Source of the DNA: the human T2T-CHM13v2.0 reference genome, Homo sapiens | Strand: one strand, 5' to 3' | Assembly (NCBI RefSeq): GCF_009914755.1 | Contig: NC_060939.1 | DNA: 64,000 nucleotides | Part shown: piece after piece, positions 1 through 16,199 of the stretch | How the letters are laid out: the number at the start of each line of letters is the position of its first letter | Position numbering within the stretch: position 1 is the stretch's first letter | Notes under the pieces: generated by a model | Databases searched by the model: none | The model's input: only the letters and a program-made list of their open reading frames with translations | Told to the model about the DNA's origin: nothing | Position numbers and translations under genes: made by a program

Positions 1-171
1 AGGGGTATATGGGAACTGTTTGTACTATTTTTTCTGTGTCTAATATTAGTTTGAGTTAAAAAGCAATGATAACATTCATTATTGGCAAAGTAGAGCTTAT
101 ATTTTAGTATAATTTTTCTGCATAAAAGCTTTGGCAGTAGCTACTGAAGGCTTTAAAAGGTTCACTTCCTT

Positions 172-477
<306 letters not shown>

Positions 478-637
478 GGTTCACCCCCTTTTATCTAATT
501 ATTCCATTTTTAAGAATTTATGGTAATGAAATAAAAATGTTTAAGGGAAAATTAGTTATAACAGAAAAACAATTATAACCTGTATGTCTAACAATGGAGA
601 AATGATTAAACTGATAAAACTATTGTGCAAAAATTAA

Positions 638-934
<297 letters not shown>

Positions 935-1726
935 AAATTAACATTTTTTTAGGAAATGTTCCAAGTAGAATGTTCAGTGAAAAAAGAGAAATATGTATTT
1001 GCAAATACTATAGGGTCCTGATACACTCTTCTCACTTTTCTAAACTCTGTCCCCAAATACATATTACTTCATAAGAGAAACATAAAAGTTTTATTATTAT
1101 AAATTAAGGAATATTCAAGTTTTAAGAATTTTGCTTTATTACTAACTTTTCTATTGACATGGGTTTGTTAAGAAGTTACGGAAACAAGCTATTGATGTAA
1201 CTCAAACTAATCCTAGAATTTGAGGCCTAGTAGGCAGATGTAGGTATTTGGGCCTCAACATGTAGTATTTTCTTTTTATCATGCCCTATGATTTAACAGT
1301 AATAAAACATAATCTTACTTCAAAGTAAACATTTTCTCCAAATATTTGTGAAAAAATGGAAAAGTTACTTCTGAGTTTCAAGTTACTCACCTTTCAAACT
1401 GAAATAATAATCACAATTGTTTGTTTTAAACGTACTTGCTCTTCATGGTACACGTATCATATCAAGCAGCTATCACAACAATACTAATAAGGACCTAATA
1501 TTATTCCTCATTTTATAAATAGGTAAACTAAGGTTAGGTGGGGTCGAGTAAGGCTCCCAGTACAGCCCCACTTGTTGCTGATGGAGCTGGAAATAGAATC
1601 CAGGTCTGACTGATTACAAAGCCCATGCACTTAAGCTATATCACATTGACTTTCTGGGTCATAATAATATATCCCATCCCTGCCAACCTGAAAGCGATGT
1701 TGAGATACCACATTCCATGAAAAAGT

Positions 1727-1778
1727 AAAAACACACACACAAAATATGACATAAAATAAAAAACTACTATAGTTTATT
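1727..1778 (-). terminator. Candidate intronic polyadenylation site
   Basis: Minus-strand AATAAA (plus tttatt 1773-1778) followed by a U-rich stretch and a (UG)5/U-rich downstream element (plus 1727-1745). Confidence 0.5.
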
Positions 1779-2226
1779 AAAATGACTTCCAAAATTCAGA
1801 GAAAAGTCACTTAAACAGGATTCTCAATTCATTCCAGAATACTCCTCTGTCATTCTTAACTTTGACTGCACAGTAGAATCACACTTGAAGAGTTTTTAAG
1901 CAGCTATCATTTCTGGGTTCCACCCAGACCAACTGGCAAAACCTCTCATTTTTTAAAAGAACCCAAGTACTGGGAACCATCAGCTGAGGTGCTTTGATTT
2001 AAAAACTATGCCCAAAACATTCTGAGTCAGAAAGGAATCTAATTCCTAACTCTTATAACACCAAACGTACAAACTCTTGCTTTTATTTTTTTTCCCCATC
2101 CTCGGTCAAACGTTGGAAAGATTTTTACCTAACGAACTATTAAATAATGTTTTGTTTTTCTATTTTTTTCCCTCAAATGCCAAACAGCTTATAATAAGCA
2201 TAAAAGAAACCACTAAGTTAATTTGA

Positions 2227-2643
<417 letters not shown>

Positions 2644-2732
2644 TGAAGATAGAGACTCAGCAGTCTCCCTTATTGTTCTTATTATTTAAACAATATACAT
2701 TTTTAGGAAAATGTACTACTATTTTTCTGAGA

Positions 2733-5252
2733 CAGTGGTGCCCTAACTCTTTGGCTTCAGAATCATCTTATGCACTTAAAAATTGTTGAACCCAAAAAGA
2801 CTTTTTGTTCACACTGGTTATATCTATCAATATTTTCCATATTAGAAATTAAAACAGAGAATATTTTATAATATTTATTTATTCATTTTAAAATAACAAA
2901 CTCATTACAAATTAACATAAATAACATTTTAATGAAAAATGACTTGCAAACGCAAAAAAAACTAGTGAAAAGTGGCATTGTTTCACATCTTTGCAAAGCT
3001 CTTAAATATCTAGCTTAATCAAAAATTGTTTTAGTCTCTTATCTGCTTCTGCCTTCAGTCTACTATGACATGTTGTTTTGGTTGAGGAGTATTATTAAAT
3101 TCTGCCTCACAGGAATATATAACTGGAAAAGGGAGTGTTTTAATAGGGTTTTAATTAACTGTGGATATACTACTTTGATACTATACCAAAACTGAACAGT
3201 TGGTACTTTCTTAAAGGTTTGTTGCAGTGTGAAATCTGAAACCGTATCCCAGAACACCCGTTCCATTAAAATCATTGGTCTATCTTAGCTTTTAAATGTA
3301 TGTTTTACCCATGCATACTTTTGTAGTATATATACTAGTTATGTGGAAAATACTAGTTTCACTGAATTACACAGGTCTTCCAAATGGTGACATAGTTCAT
3401 TACACAATATTTTAAAAATCATTATTTATGAACACCACCACCCATCAGAAAACTCTTATTCAAAAGCTGCCAAGATCACGGTGGCAAATGAGTTTTCCAA
3501 AATTCTAATTTTTGCTTAAAAGTTCAAATTTTACCATTGGTAAGAAATATTACTATCAATTATTTTTGCTGAAGTGACAGATTTGAGGAAATGTTTGCCA
3601 AACAATCAAGATTGACTAAGCGTGTGTGGCAGACAGACTCTAAAGTGGCCTCCATGTAAATGTCATTACCCATAATCCCCAGGTCCTGGTATTCAGGTCC
3701 TGTGTAATTCCCTCCCATTGAGTGTGGGCAGGACCTCTGACTTGCTTTTAACCAATAGAACACAACAAAGGTGACAGGATATATATGATTTTTGTGTACG
3801 TGATTATGTTACCTAAGACTGTAAGGGCATCTTGCTAAGGACTCACTCTCACCTGCTAGCTTTGAGGAAGCAAGCAGCCTTATTGGGAAGACCTACGTGG
3901 CAAGGAGCCAGCCAAAAGCCAACAAGATACAGAGATTCTCAGTCCAACATCCCTTAAGGAACTGAATGCTACCAACAACCATGTGAACTTGGAAGCAAAT
4001 ACTTCCCCAACAGAATTTCAGATGAAACTGCAACTTCAGGCACCACATCTTGAATGCAGCCTTGTGAGATCCTTAAGCAGAAAACCCACCTAAGCCATGA
4101 CCTGATTCCTGACCCACAGAAATTGTGAGATCATGAGATAAAGAGTGTATGTTGTTTTAAGCTGTGTAAGTTTGTGGTAATATTGATACACAGAAATAAA
4201 TATCATTTCAAATGCTGGCAAAATCTTATTTAAACTATTAATTTATAAAATAAATCTATCCTTCAAATATCGTACAAAAGTAACATTTACTTCAGGCCAA
4301 CACAAATAAATAAATAACAAATATCTAAATAGTGATATGTAAAATAACAAGGCTGTGGGCTCTCCTATAGTTATTTAATAGAAATGAGATTGGAAACAAT
4401 GTATGTATATCATACAGGAAAGAAGCAAATATAGCTCACACCTCTCACTCAATCAAAATCACTAAATTCTTTAATAACTAACTTTATTATTCCTAAAATA
4501 TAAATAAAAAATAATGCACATTTTTCAGCATCACTATACACATGTTCATTTTTTGGTTTTAGATATTAATCTATACCCAGTTCAAACTGTGGAAACTGAA
4601 CTAACATGACTGAAATAAAATAGTGTTATATTTTGTTCTTTAGACTCTTTTTTCCCTTCCTGAGATTTTGATATGTACTTGGAGAGTTTTGAGTCAATAT
4701 TTATTTGATTTGTTTTCTTTTCTGGAGTGATATTGTAAATACTTTAAAGATTTGTCAGTCATTCTTTCATGTAACAACAAAAAAAAATCAGGTAGTTTAC
4801 CTCACAATTCAATCACACAAGTGCTTTTCCTCAAGACAACTATCATACTTCAGACACAGAGGTACTTTATGCACACTACCCATGTCATCACACAGAATAT
4901 TTTAAAAAACACACATTCAAGTGTAGAGAGTTAATAAAACTAATAACATTTTAATACTTCATCAGGGATTGGGTATAACTGGGTAATACTCAGTTGAGTA
5001 ATGTAGTTTACTGTGAGTGCACGGCAGGTGACTAATACAGAAACTACAAGTACACTTTGGTGGCACTACCTTGATTCACACTAAGGCACCAGCAGCTTAT
5101 CCACCATTACTTTAGCATCACCAGTGCAAATGCCAACACAGTGGAAAAGGAAAACAGTCTTTGATTATAATGACAACACTGTTGACCCTCAAACCTCTGA
5201 AAGGGTCTTGGGGAACCCCAGGGGATTGCAAACTACAATCTGAGAACTGTTC
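2733..5252 (-). mobile_element. Charlie1a-like hAT transposon, interrupted
   Basis: Termini cagtggtgccctaactc / tgagaactgttc. ORF 3063..3275 resembles a Charlie transposase C-terminus. Confidence 0.75.
3625..4205 (+). mobile_element. MaLR LTR (MLT1E/F-like)
   Basis: tgtggcagacagactctaaagtggcc...ttttaagctgtgtaagtttgtggtaat pattern. Confidence 0.75.
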
Positions 5253-5334
5253 AACTAAGGCAATTCTTTCATGTCTAAAAAAGTGTACATTTATACACAA
5301 CATATATGTATGTATGTGTGCATATACATATAAA

Positions 5335-5560
5335 CTATGGGTTAGGCTGGATTGAAATCCCAGATCCATCAACTGCCAGCTTTGGGATCTTGAATAAATC
5401 TTTCAACCTCTATGAGCCTCAGTTTCCTCAACTAAAAAATGAGGATAATAATAGTGTTTACTTCATGGGGATGTTTAAGAACTAAATGAAATGAATTTAC
5501 CTATAGCATTTAGCACAAACACTTATACATATTAACAGCTCAATGAATGTTAACTATTAC
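5335..5560 (+). repeat. MIR
   Basis: MIR core aacctctatgagcctcagtttcctcaactaaaaaatgagg. Confidence 0.65.
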
Positions 5561-5943
5561 CATTTTCTATTACTTTTTGTAACAAAAAAAGTGGGAGTTT
5601 TTTGTAATAGGAAAAAATGTTTGTTTTTTTTTAACTAACTGAACTATGAAGGAATGTTTTCAGAATAAAAAGCTATGATGGTCACTTGACTGTTTTCCCA
5701 ATTAAGAATACCTGGTCCCGTCTGCAATCTTAAATATTTGTCATTATGCAATGTTTATGGCTGACTATAATTTTATTCACATTTTGATAGTATAGTTTTC
5801 ATTACTGTACCTATTTAGGCATACTGCCTGTTATTAACAGGTTGGGTAGTTAGCTCCTTCAGTTATTACTTGGGGTACTGCTTGAGCTAGCGAAAATATG
5901 GTGACATTTTCTGATGCTAACTATGCTTCTACTGGATGACTAC

Positions 5944-6039
5944 TTATGACAGTCCAGAATTGTAACTGGGTACTGTTGATATTGATAAACAACATCCAAT
6001 GGATCCCTGAGCTGGCCGTATAGTTTTAGAAACACTTAC
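5944..6039 (-). CDS. ZNF280D: Alternative C-terminus of a short ZNF280D isoform (VSVSKTIRPAQGSIGCCLSISTVPSYNSGLS*) by read-through of the 6040 donor
   Basis: The frame continues for 31 codons to TAA at 5944-5946, giving a 158-aa product. This agrees with my recollection of a short ZNF280D isoform (unverified). Confidence 0.6.
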   Translation of the reverse strand, partial: VSVSKTIRPAQGSIGCCLSISTVPSYNSGLS

Positions 6040-6179
6040 AGGTTTAGAAAAAGGCTGAACAATAACAGAACTATCTGAAGATCTAGACTCAGGATGAAAA
6101 TTTATTGGTGAGGCAGGCACTGGATTTGATGTTGGATTCGTGTAGTGTTGACTTGTAGGCTTGAATGCAGCAGTAATAC
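6040..6179 (-). CDS. ZNF280D: ZNF280D coding exon (GITAAFKPTSQHYTNPTSNPVPASPINFHPESRSSDSSVIVQPFSKP)
   Basis: Follows a 100-nt intron. Acceptor tacAG, donor CCT|GTAAGT, 140 nt, open frame. Confidence 0.93.
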
Positions 6180-6279
6180 CTGTATTTTAAAGTAACACAA
6201 TATATGGAAATTATTTGTACATAATCAATTTTGTCAAAATACTTCACTTTAAAATTAAAATAGTATAATAATACTGTAC

Positions 6280-6345
6280 CTCGACTGAGTGCACCATTCT
6301 TTAGTCCCCTTGAATATGAGCTGGGGTTAACTCTGTTCAAAATAT
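6280..6345 (-). CDS. ZNF280D: ZNF280D coding exon (NILNRVNPSSYSRGLKNGALSR)
   Basis: 66 nt, acceptor ttttatAG, donor G|GTACAG. In frame with both neighbours. Confidence 0.93.
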
Positions 6346-8017
6346 CTATAAAAGATTATATTTATTTTAAAATACATTGTTTGAATGAAATACATATTAA
6401 GATAATAGAAATCATGAATTGAAAACATTTAAACAGATTTATGGAAGGAGTATATAACTAATCACTGATTTAAGAATATAGTTCATTTTAAACACATACA
6501 TCTTTACCTACTAAAGAAACAAAAGAAACAAGATAACTAGGTTTTGTTTTACAGACTAAGAACAATCTTTCTCATTGTAACTCAAAATCCAAAATTCAGA
6601 AGGAAATGACAAATCTGACTACAGGTGAGTCAAAACATTGTGCTTGCAAAGAAACATCACATACTTGATAAAAATTTTCCAAAAACATATTTATATATAA
6701 CCTATAATTTAAATGTATATCTTTCTTTGCATGATGACAGGGCTGTTACATACAGTCAGGTTCCTATGATTCAAAATCAAATCCTTGCCCAACCTCTACA
6801 CTGCATTCACTCGTCTAAAAGCCTTGAAGTTGCATTACAGAAAATCTCATCGGATTATCTACTATTAGTTTTGAGTTAAAAAAGAAAAACTATCAGAGAT
6901 TGCAGACTAAAGTGAACCAATAGTTCATCATAGCATTTTATTAGTTAAGAGGTTTCAAATTTACCACTACACCAGAAGTCAATCTGAGCCTGCCATGACT
7001 TTGAGGATCAATTTAAAGTTCCTCATTCTTGCATGCATGTAAACTCTGTAACTTCTAGCTTATCAAATTATAGTTTGGAAGCATGAGGATTTGCCTAAAA
7101 TTGCTGGTTAGAAAAAGGTAAAAAGCACCCAAAAAAAAAAAAAAAAAAACCACCCACCAAATCTCATAAAAATTTCTTTTATCTTCCTCACAGTAGAAAG
7201 AAACCAGATCCCATTAAGTAATTCTATAAAATAATGGTTCACACAGAAATATGGTTGTTTTCTGATAAGGTCAATGCAGTGCTCTGTAATTAAACACTAC
7301 AGAAGTCTTATTAGAGAAAGATCTACTCAAAGAACTTGAAACTGTTTTCATTCAGAAATTCAGGATTAAATATTTACTCAAACCATGAAAGAGCTATTGC
7401 TGTAGTACTATTTAGTGGGTGTAGTCTATGGATCACAAGTTTTTGCCCTCCTTTCTTGCAGTTTTATATAAACATTTAACTCATGTTCCATATGTTAACA
7501 TATTTTATGGCTTACAAATAAAACAACAATAAAACCATTTAAATTATTCACCTTAACACTGTAGAAAAGAAATTCTGTTGGGGTTAATCCCCTTCTTGAT
7601 GGAATTATTTTAAAACTAATGTACAGTGTTCTACCCGAATACCATGAAGAGTCATCTACAATCAGTATAAATTCACCTTGAATCTTAACTGTCATGTTTT
7701 CAATAAGAGTTTGAATTTTGCAATATAATATTTCAGTATAAAACAATAACCAATAGAATATTATGTCCCACTATCACCGACGATGCCATCATGCCTAATT
7801 CATTTTATAATCCAAGTGGCACTCCACTTAGCATTCCATGAGAGATGACCAATGTGCCCCAGGAAACAGTATTGAAAATTCGATTGGTGAAATTACTCTC
7901 TCTCTGATAAAACTGAATAAAGGTGCCAATCCAAGTTTAGAGGTAAGTGAAGCAAGAACTAGGCTTTCAAAAAATTTTGGTCTCTTAATCACACTTTTAA
8001 GCACTACCATGGTAAGT

Positions 8018-8019
<2 letters not shown>

Positions 8020-8063
<44 letters not shown>
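8020..8063. repeat. (AC)22 microsatellite
   Basis: Directly visible. Confidence 0.98.
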
Positions 8064-8067
<4 letters not shown>

Positions 8068-8674
8068 ATAAACTGGGTACATAAAATTCTTTGGTAAATT
8101 CTCCTGGCTTCAAACAAACAAGTAAATGAAATGGAAAAGGATCTATTTTCTCTTTCTCCCTGAAATTTGTACATTGTTTCTCTGCACTGTCATACATTTT
8201 TGAGTGGACATTTTAACAAATGTCATCAGTATCTGCACGTTAATATTATAACAATGTCAAGCCCAATTCTCTAATTCAAAGCTAATAAGCCACAAAGGTA
8301 CCAAGTTGTTCTGCCCAAAAGCCTTAAGGATTTAAATGTACTAAATGCTACATCATCCAAGTACAGTGGCTGTAGACAGCGCCATTCTCTTTCATGAATA
8401 TAAAAAGGAGTTGCTGGAAGACGGATATGGTCAGAAGCTGCAGCTTCTATTGGTACACAGGCCAGAGTCTGTGCAATCATTCACCACCTATACATTTTGT
8501 AGCCACGTATAGATGACATTGCAGTGAGGACTGGATGTGAGAAGTCCCGTTTGAGACTAACAAAAACTCACTTAGTATATTCTGAAATTTTAAGCAAAGC
8601 ATTCCAAATGTTTTATTTTCTCTTCTGGGTTGGAGAAAAATGAAAAAGAATAAACAGATAAATATGTTACTTAA

Positions 8675-9003
<329 letters not shown>

Positions 9004-9228
9004 TTATGATTTCTAATCTCAGAAGACCTCCAGGGTCACCAGCTAATCTCAGTCCATTTCTCTTTTCTGACATCTGATATTTAATCTCTTACCTCCTTCC
9101 TCAAGTCCCCAATCATGTTCCTCTTTACAGTGGAACATGAACATCAACTACCTATTAAACAGTTCACAAGTTTTTCTACTAGAAATAATACCTTATAAAG
9201 CTTGGTTTCACTAAAAGTAAATGCTTAC

Positions 9229-9375
9229 TTGAAATTGCTGGTTTTGAACTTGATATCTCGCCAACAAAGATTGGCTCATCATCATCGTCATCCTCAACTT
9301 CTTTTACTTTCTTCTGCCATGGTTCCAGCTCCTCTTCTTCACATTCCATAAACAGTTCTGCCATTTTTGAATTAC
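9229..9375 (-). CDS. ZNF280D: ZNF280D coding exon (SNSKMAELFMECEEEELEPWQKKVKEVEDDDDDEPIFVGEISSSKPAIS)
   Basis: AG/GT boundaries (donor GTAAGC), 147 nt, phase 1-1. Carries the ZNF280/POGZ-type acidic N-terminal motif. Overlaps ORF 9179..9364. Confidence 0.95.
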
Positions 9376-9806
9376 CTAATTTTCAAAAGGAGAGAAGTAA
9401 ACCTCATTTTTGAAAATAAAAATAAAAACATTTTTGTAATACATAGCATTAATTTTAAGGTGTACTTTAATAATCTTAATAGCAATTTCTGAATTGATAT
9501 TTGTAGTCAGTATGTGGTAACAACAGTGAGAAATACAGAGCTTACTATCTAAAATATTAAATAGTAAAATTTAGATAAACAGATAATCAATGACAGTAGT
9601 TATTTACCGTAGACAGAAAATTTGGAAGTCAAATTCAGTGAAAGTGAGTTTTAGTCGTATACATAGAATATGATTATCTCTACAAAAAGGATTATACCCA
9701 CTGTCTTTTTAAAAATGTATTCACAAAAGGCAGATAAACTAAGAATAATAGGCAACAGGTGGGAGATAAACTGGATAAACTAAACCAGATTCAAGAATGC
9801 CAGGCA

Positions 9807-10155
<349 letters not shown>

Positions 10156-11074
10156 CTAATTAGGCTTATTCAATTAAAGGCAAAGTAGATATTTCTCACA
10201 GGAAGAATGTCACAAATCATTTCCCACTCTAATGTTATAGTATAGTCCATCTACCAAAAAAAAGGCCTTCCCATTTTCCTAAATGCCATCAATATCATGA
10301 AACTTTTTTCTCTAAACTGTACTATTTTACTAATTATACAGAGTTCTTCAAATCTAATAATTAAAAATACTAATTTTCATTGACAAGTCATAACTTAGCA
10401 TTTGTGTTTTTTAAATACTTGAAATACCAGCCTTATTGTGTGTCTCAGAGCGATTATTTATACCACGTCTTCTACCTAGAATATCTTTCCTTCTCAGTTT
10501 TACAATCTATGTCACTCCAGTCTGGAGCAAAGAGAGCAGAGAGCTGACATCAAGTTGAATAATTCAAATCTTTACTCCACTGTTTCTAATCATATGACTC
10601 TAGAGAAGTTACTTGAACCTATTTTCCTCATCTATAACACAAGTATGATATCTACCTAATACAAGTATTACATAGATTCAAGAAAATGCCACATAAAGCA
10701 CCTAAAATCAAGTGGATACTCAACAAAATATTAATTCCCTGGCCCTCCTAACTCTTGGTTCAATTATAATTCCTCTTGTAAACCATTAGATTTTACTTTC
10801 CTTCAAAATCTGAACTACACTGATAATCAATATCATGCAATTCAAGATTTAACATATACGATCTCAAACTGCTATTTTTTCATGTGTCTTAATTTTATAT
10901 GTCTAACGTCATATAGGAATACATTTCCCCCTATACATTAGAGGGGCAGTAGGCACATGGCATATAATAATCTATGGACTAGGCGAAGTCAGAAAATGCA
11001 TAATTTTAAACAATCAGGGAGACTCGTTGTATAGTAATAACAAAAGTATTATTTATATCCAGTTGGTATAGGTA

Positions 11075-11805
11075 TAGGCTGAACTGTGTTTTCTCAAAAT
11101 TCATATGTTTAAGACCTAACCCTCACCACCATAGAATGTGACTATATTTAGAGATTGGGTCCTCAGAAGTAACTAAATTAAAATAAGGTTAGTAGGGTGG
11201 GCCCTAATCTAGTATGACTGGTGTCCTTAATAGAAGAGGAGATTAGGACACAGACACAAGCAGAAAAGGAGATCACAGGAAGATGTAAGGAGAAGATGGA
11301 GGACAGGCACAGTGGCTCACACCTGTAATCACAACACTTTGGGAGGCTGAGGCAGGCGGATCACCTGAGGTCAGTAGTTCGATACCAGCCTGGCCAACAT
11401 GGTGAAACCCAGTCTCTACTAAAAATAGAAAAAAAATTAGCCAGGCGTGGTGGCGAGTAACTGTAGTCCCAGCTACTCAGGAGGCTGAGGCGGGAGAATC
11501 ACTTGAGCCCAGGAAGAGGAGGTTGCAATGAGCCGAGGTCATGCCACTGCACTCCAGCCTGGGTGACAGAGTGAGAATCTGTCTCAAAACAAACTAACAA
11601 ACAAACAAACAAAAAACGAGAAGATGGCCATCTACAAGTCAAGAAGAGAGGCCTCAAACCCTTCCCATATGGCCCCCAGAAGAAATCAATCCTAACGACA
11701 CCTTCATCTTGGACTTCTAGCCTCAAGAATTATGAGAAAAATGTCCATTGTGTAAGCCACCCAATCTGTGGTACTTTGTTATGGCAGCCCTAGCAAACTC
11801 ATATA
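11075..11805 (+). mobile_element. MaLR LTR (MLT1A/B-like) split by an Alu
   Basis: tataggctgaactgtgt...agtatgactggtgtcctt...ctgtggtactttgttatggcagccctagcaaact. Confidence 0.8.
11301..11616 (+). repeat. AluS
   Basis: Alu consensus, TSD gagaagatgg. Confidence 0.92.
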
Positions 11806-12193
11806 GTATACAAAGGTCTTCCTTGTTCTTTTTAACAGGGCACTGTCATTGTTAATATACCCAGGACATATTTTTGAGAAAAAAAAAATTTAAGACATAA
11901 TAGCTTTATAATTTTTTTAGAAATAATTTAATTTTTGTCTATGTACAGAAGAAACATGTATGATTATATGTACCAAATTGGTAAAAGTAGTTTCTTCTGA
12001 TAATGGGGGAAAACACTTCTATTTTACTCACTTTTTTATTTATATTACTTGTTTTTATGTGAACATTTGTTACTTTAACAATTTTAAGCATTTTTGTTTT
12101 TTAAAAAATGTCTCCCAACTTTCATCCTTTCTCCTGAGGTAAAGTGATACAAAAGCCACATATATTAGTATTAGTTGTGGCAGCAACACTTAC

Positions 12194-12221
12194 TTTTTGG
12201 TTGAAAAGGGTTGTCGCCCAT
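12194..12221 (-). CDS. ZNF280D: ZNF280D first coding segment (MGDNPFQPK+A); exon spans ~12194-12255
   Basis: ATG GGC GAC AAC CCT TTT CAA CCA AAA A|GTAAGT joins the next exon in frame (AGT AAT TCA AAA ATG). It matches the recalled ZNF280D N-terminus. Confidence 0.9.
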
Positions 12222-12374
12222 CAAGCTGCAGAGATGACTTTCTGTAAATTGTCACCTAAGTACTGACACATGATATCAGTCAATTTAATGAGTCACTTTA
12301 AGTAACACCAAATATTGAAACATGAAACTTGGGATTCACAAATTATTGGATGTAAGGTTAACCTCTAAACTCAC

Positions 12375-12418
12375 CATGTGACTCCAGACAAGCCAGCAAG
12401 TTATTTCTGTTTTCCTTC
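12375..12418 (-). other. ZNF280D: ZNF280D 5'UTR exon (44 nt) ending in ATG
   Basis: Acceptor tttattttatAG|GAAGG and donor CATG|GTGAGT on the minus strand, 119 nt upstream of the start-codon exon. Confidence 0.7.
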
Positions 12419-13698
12419 CTATAAAATAAAGATACCAACTATTAGGGTGGACTTCATTAAATTAGATGTATACATATTTAATCTTTTCTCCTATACAGAG
12501 GTCAATTATGTTTGATATATCTGATATACACATATAGTTCATTTTACATAATTGGTTCATTCCTGAATAAACCCAAATTTAATAAATAAATGGTGATTAT
12601 ACTTGGCACTTAATACTCGAAGAAATGTGATGATTTGTAAATTACAAATAATTTTTTAAAGTATTTAGTAAAAACGAGTAAACACCTTACAATGTACTGG
12701 TTTTGGAAATCTAACTTTTCAAACGCTGAGTGACATTAATCTTTAACGTTATCTTTTCTTTGTATTTCAGAAATACATGTAATTATTTCTGCAAGAAAAC
12801 ACAATTTTAAACAAATTTTAGTTTATATCTTTCTGGCTTTTTATCAACCGAAAGGGAACAGAAAATTCATTGGAAATATTTCATCATAGATTAATTCATT
12901 CAAAAAATAACTACTCATGGCCTTCTGTATGGAAGGTAATGTGCTAAGCTCAGGGGAAAACAAAAATGAGTAAGTCACATTCTTAAGACTTCAGAAGTTT
13001 ACAATCTAGTATGTCAATAATTTATTTGGCTTTAAAAATGCTGTTAGAATAAACATTTTTTTAAAAACTATTTGAATTGCTTTATTCAAACTGGGAATCT
13101 GTTTTTTGAATTTCCATGCACACGCAATAGCATGAATTTTACAAAATAAACAAGCTTTTATAAAACTGAGTTATAAAGCAAAAAACGTCAACAATTAAAC
13201 AATGGAAATCTAAAACACTGGAATATATAACTAATTCAACCTTCACTTTCCTCTTTATCCTTAGGCTGACAAAAGCAAGCTTTCCTACTTTTCAATTTCT
13301 AAAGTATGTAAACTGAATTACTACAAAGGAAAAATTATTACTTTAATTTCAGAAGTTATTGTTATTAATTCAGTTATTCAGAGTTACTATCACATGAGAC
13401 TCTAGCGAATCTTGTGCTTAACTAAATATCCCCTAGTTCTAAAGTTGTACTATTAAAAATCTTTTAACTCAATTTTTGAATAGCTGTAGCTTGTCCCACT
13501 AGCAACAGTATAATGCTTATTTCAGATAAATACGTGATAATCCTTGCTTCACATTAAGGACTTATCAATACCAGGAACACGGAATATTTTTAAGATTCAC
13601 AATTACATATCCTATGGACTCATACAGAATGTTTTTAAGTTATCATGTAAGTATCTACTGGCTTCAGAATTTTGTTGGTAAAGCACAGAATTCTATGA

Positions 13699-15135
<1,437 letters not shown>

Positions 15136-15232
15136 TACTAAATCTGCTGCCAGAGAATACATCCAACAAAGATGTTCAATGGAGACATCAAAGGCCTCAG
15201 CTCAGAGTTGGCTCTTTAAGACAGCCCGAAAA

Positions 15233-15540
15233 GGACGGGCGCGGCGGCTCACGCCTGTAATCCCAACACTTTGGGAGGCCGAGGCGGGTGGATCACCTGA
15301 GGTCAGGAGTTCGAGACCAGCCTGGCCAACACAGAGTCAAACTGTCTCTACTAAAAAGTACAAAAATTAGCTGGGCGTGGTGGCACACGCCTGTAGTCCC
15401 AGCTACTTGGGAAGCTGAGGCAGGAGAATCGCTTGAACCCAAGAGGCAGAGGGAGGTTGCAGTGAGCTGAGACTGCACCACTGTACTCCAGCCTGGGCAA
15501 GAGAGCAAGACTCTGTCTCTCGAAAAAATAAAATAAAATA
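15233..15540 (+). repeat. AluS
   Basis: Alu consensus. Confidence 0.92.
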
Positions 15541-16199
15541 GCCAGGAAAAAAAAAAAAGAGGACTCTCAACTTCAACTACTAACTCAAGTACAGATTACA
15601 TGCCCATATTTAATATACTGTTTGCATGGGGGAAAAATGAATTCCAAGTAACTGACTTAAAATAAATTCCATTCATTTATGGATACTGCCCACATAAATA
15701 ATTATAATTCCTATTTTATAAATTTTTGGTTTCAGTTTTTATCTAAAATTAAACTGTATCTTATTTTTTCTATAAAAAAAATTAGAAATCAATGGAAATG
15801 TGGGTCTAAGTGTTTTAACTATCTGAAATTTTCACTTTCATCCATTGATAGATATCACCCGATGTACTGCTGCCGTGTTAAATAATATTAATACTGCATG
15901 TGATCAAGTACAGAGCACATACTATGGACACAGGTGTGCTATATACTAGATATAGTCCTCTTTACTTTCTGATAAGAAAAAAATTAAGCAATTTCACAAA
16001 CTACAACTGTAGTATCTGCACATTTAAAAAAAGAATATCGCACTAGAAACCAGGAGAACCAAGTCATAGTACCAGCATGGCCACAACCTTCTGCCAAGTC
16101 ATCTTCAATTCTAGCTCTCAGGCTTATAGTTCAACTGAAAGATTCTGGCTTAATTCAGCTCAAAATCTATTGTATACTTTAAACATTTAGTAACCATGA

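Noticed and set aside
1385-1495. Possible further ZNF280D exon (donor AAG|GTGAGT near 1390)
   Set aside because: No convincing acceptor, stops in the expected frame, and no resemblance to the next ZNF280D peptide as I recall it.
6621-8017. Several consensus plus-strand donors (CAG|GTGAGT, GAG|GTAAGT, ATG|GTAAGT) suggesting an antisense gene
   Set aside because: No paired acceptors or coherent ORF. Such motifs are expected by chance at this density.
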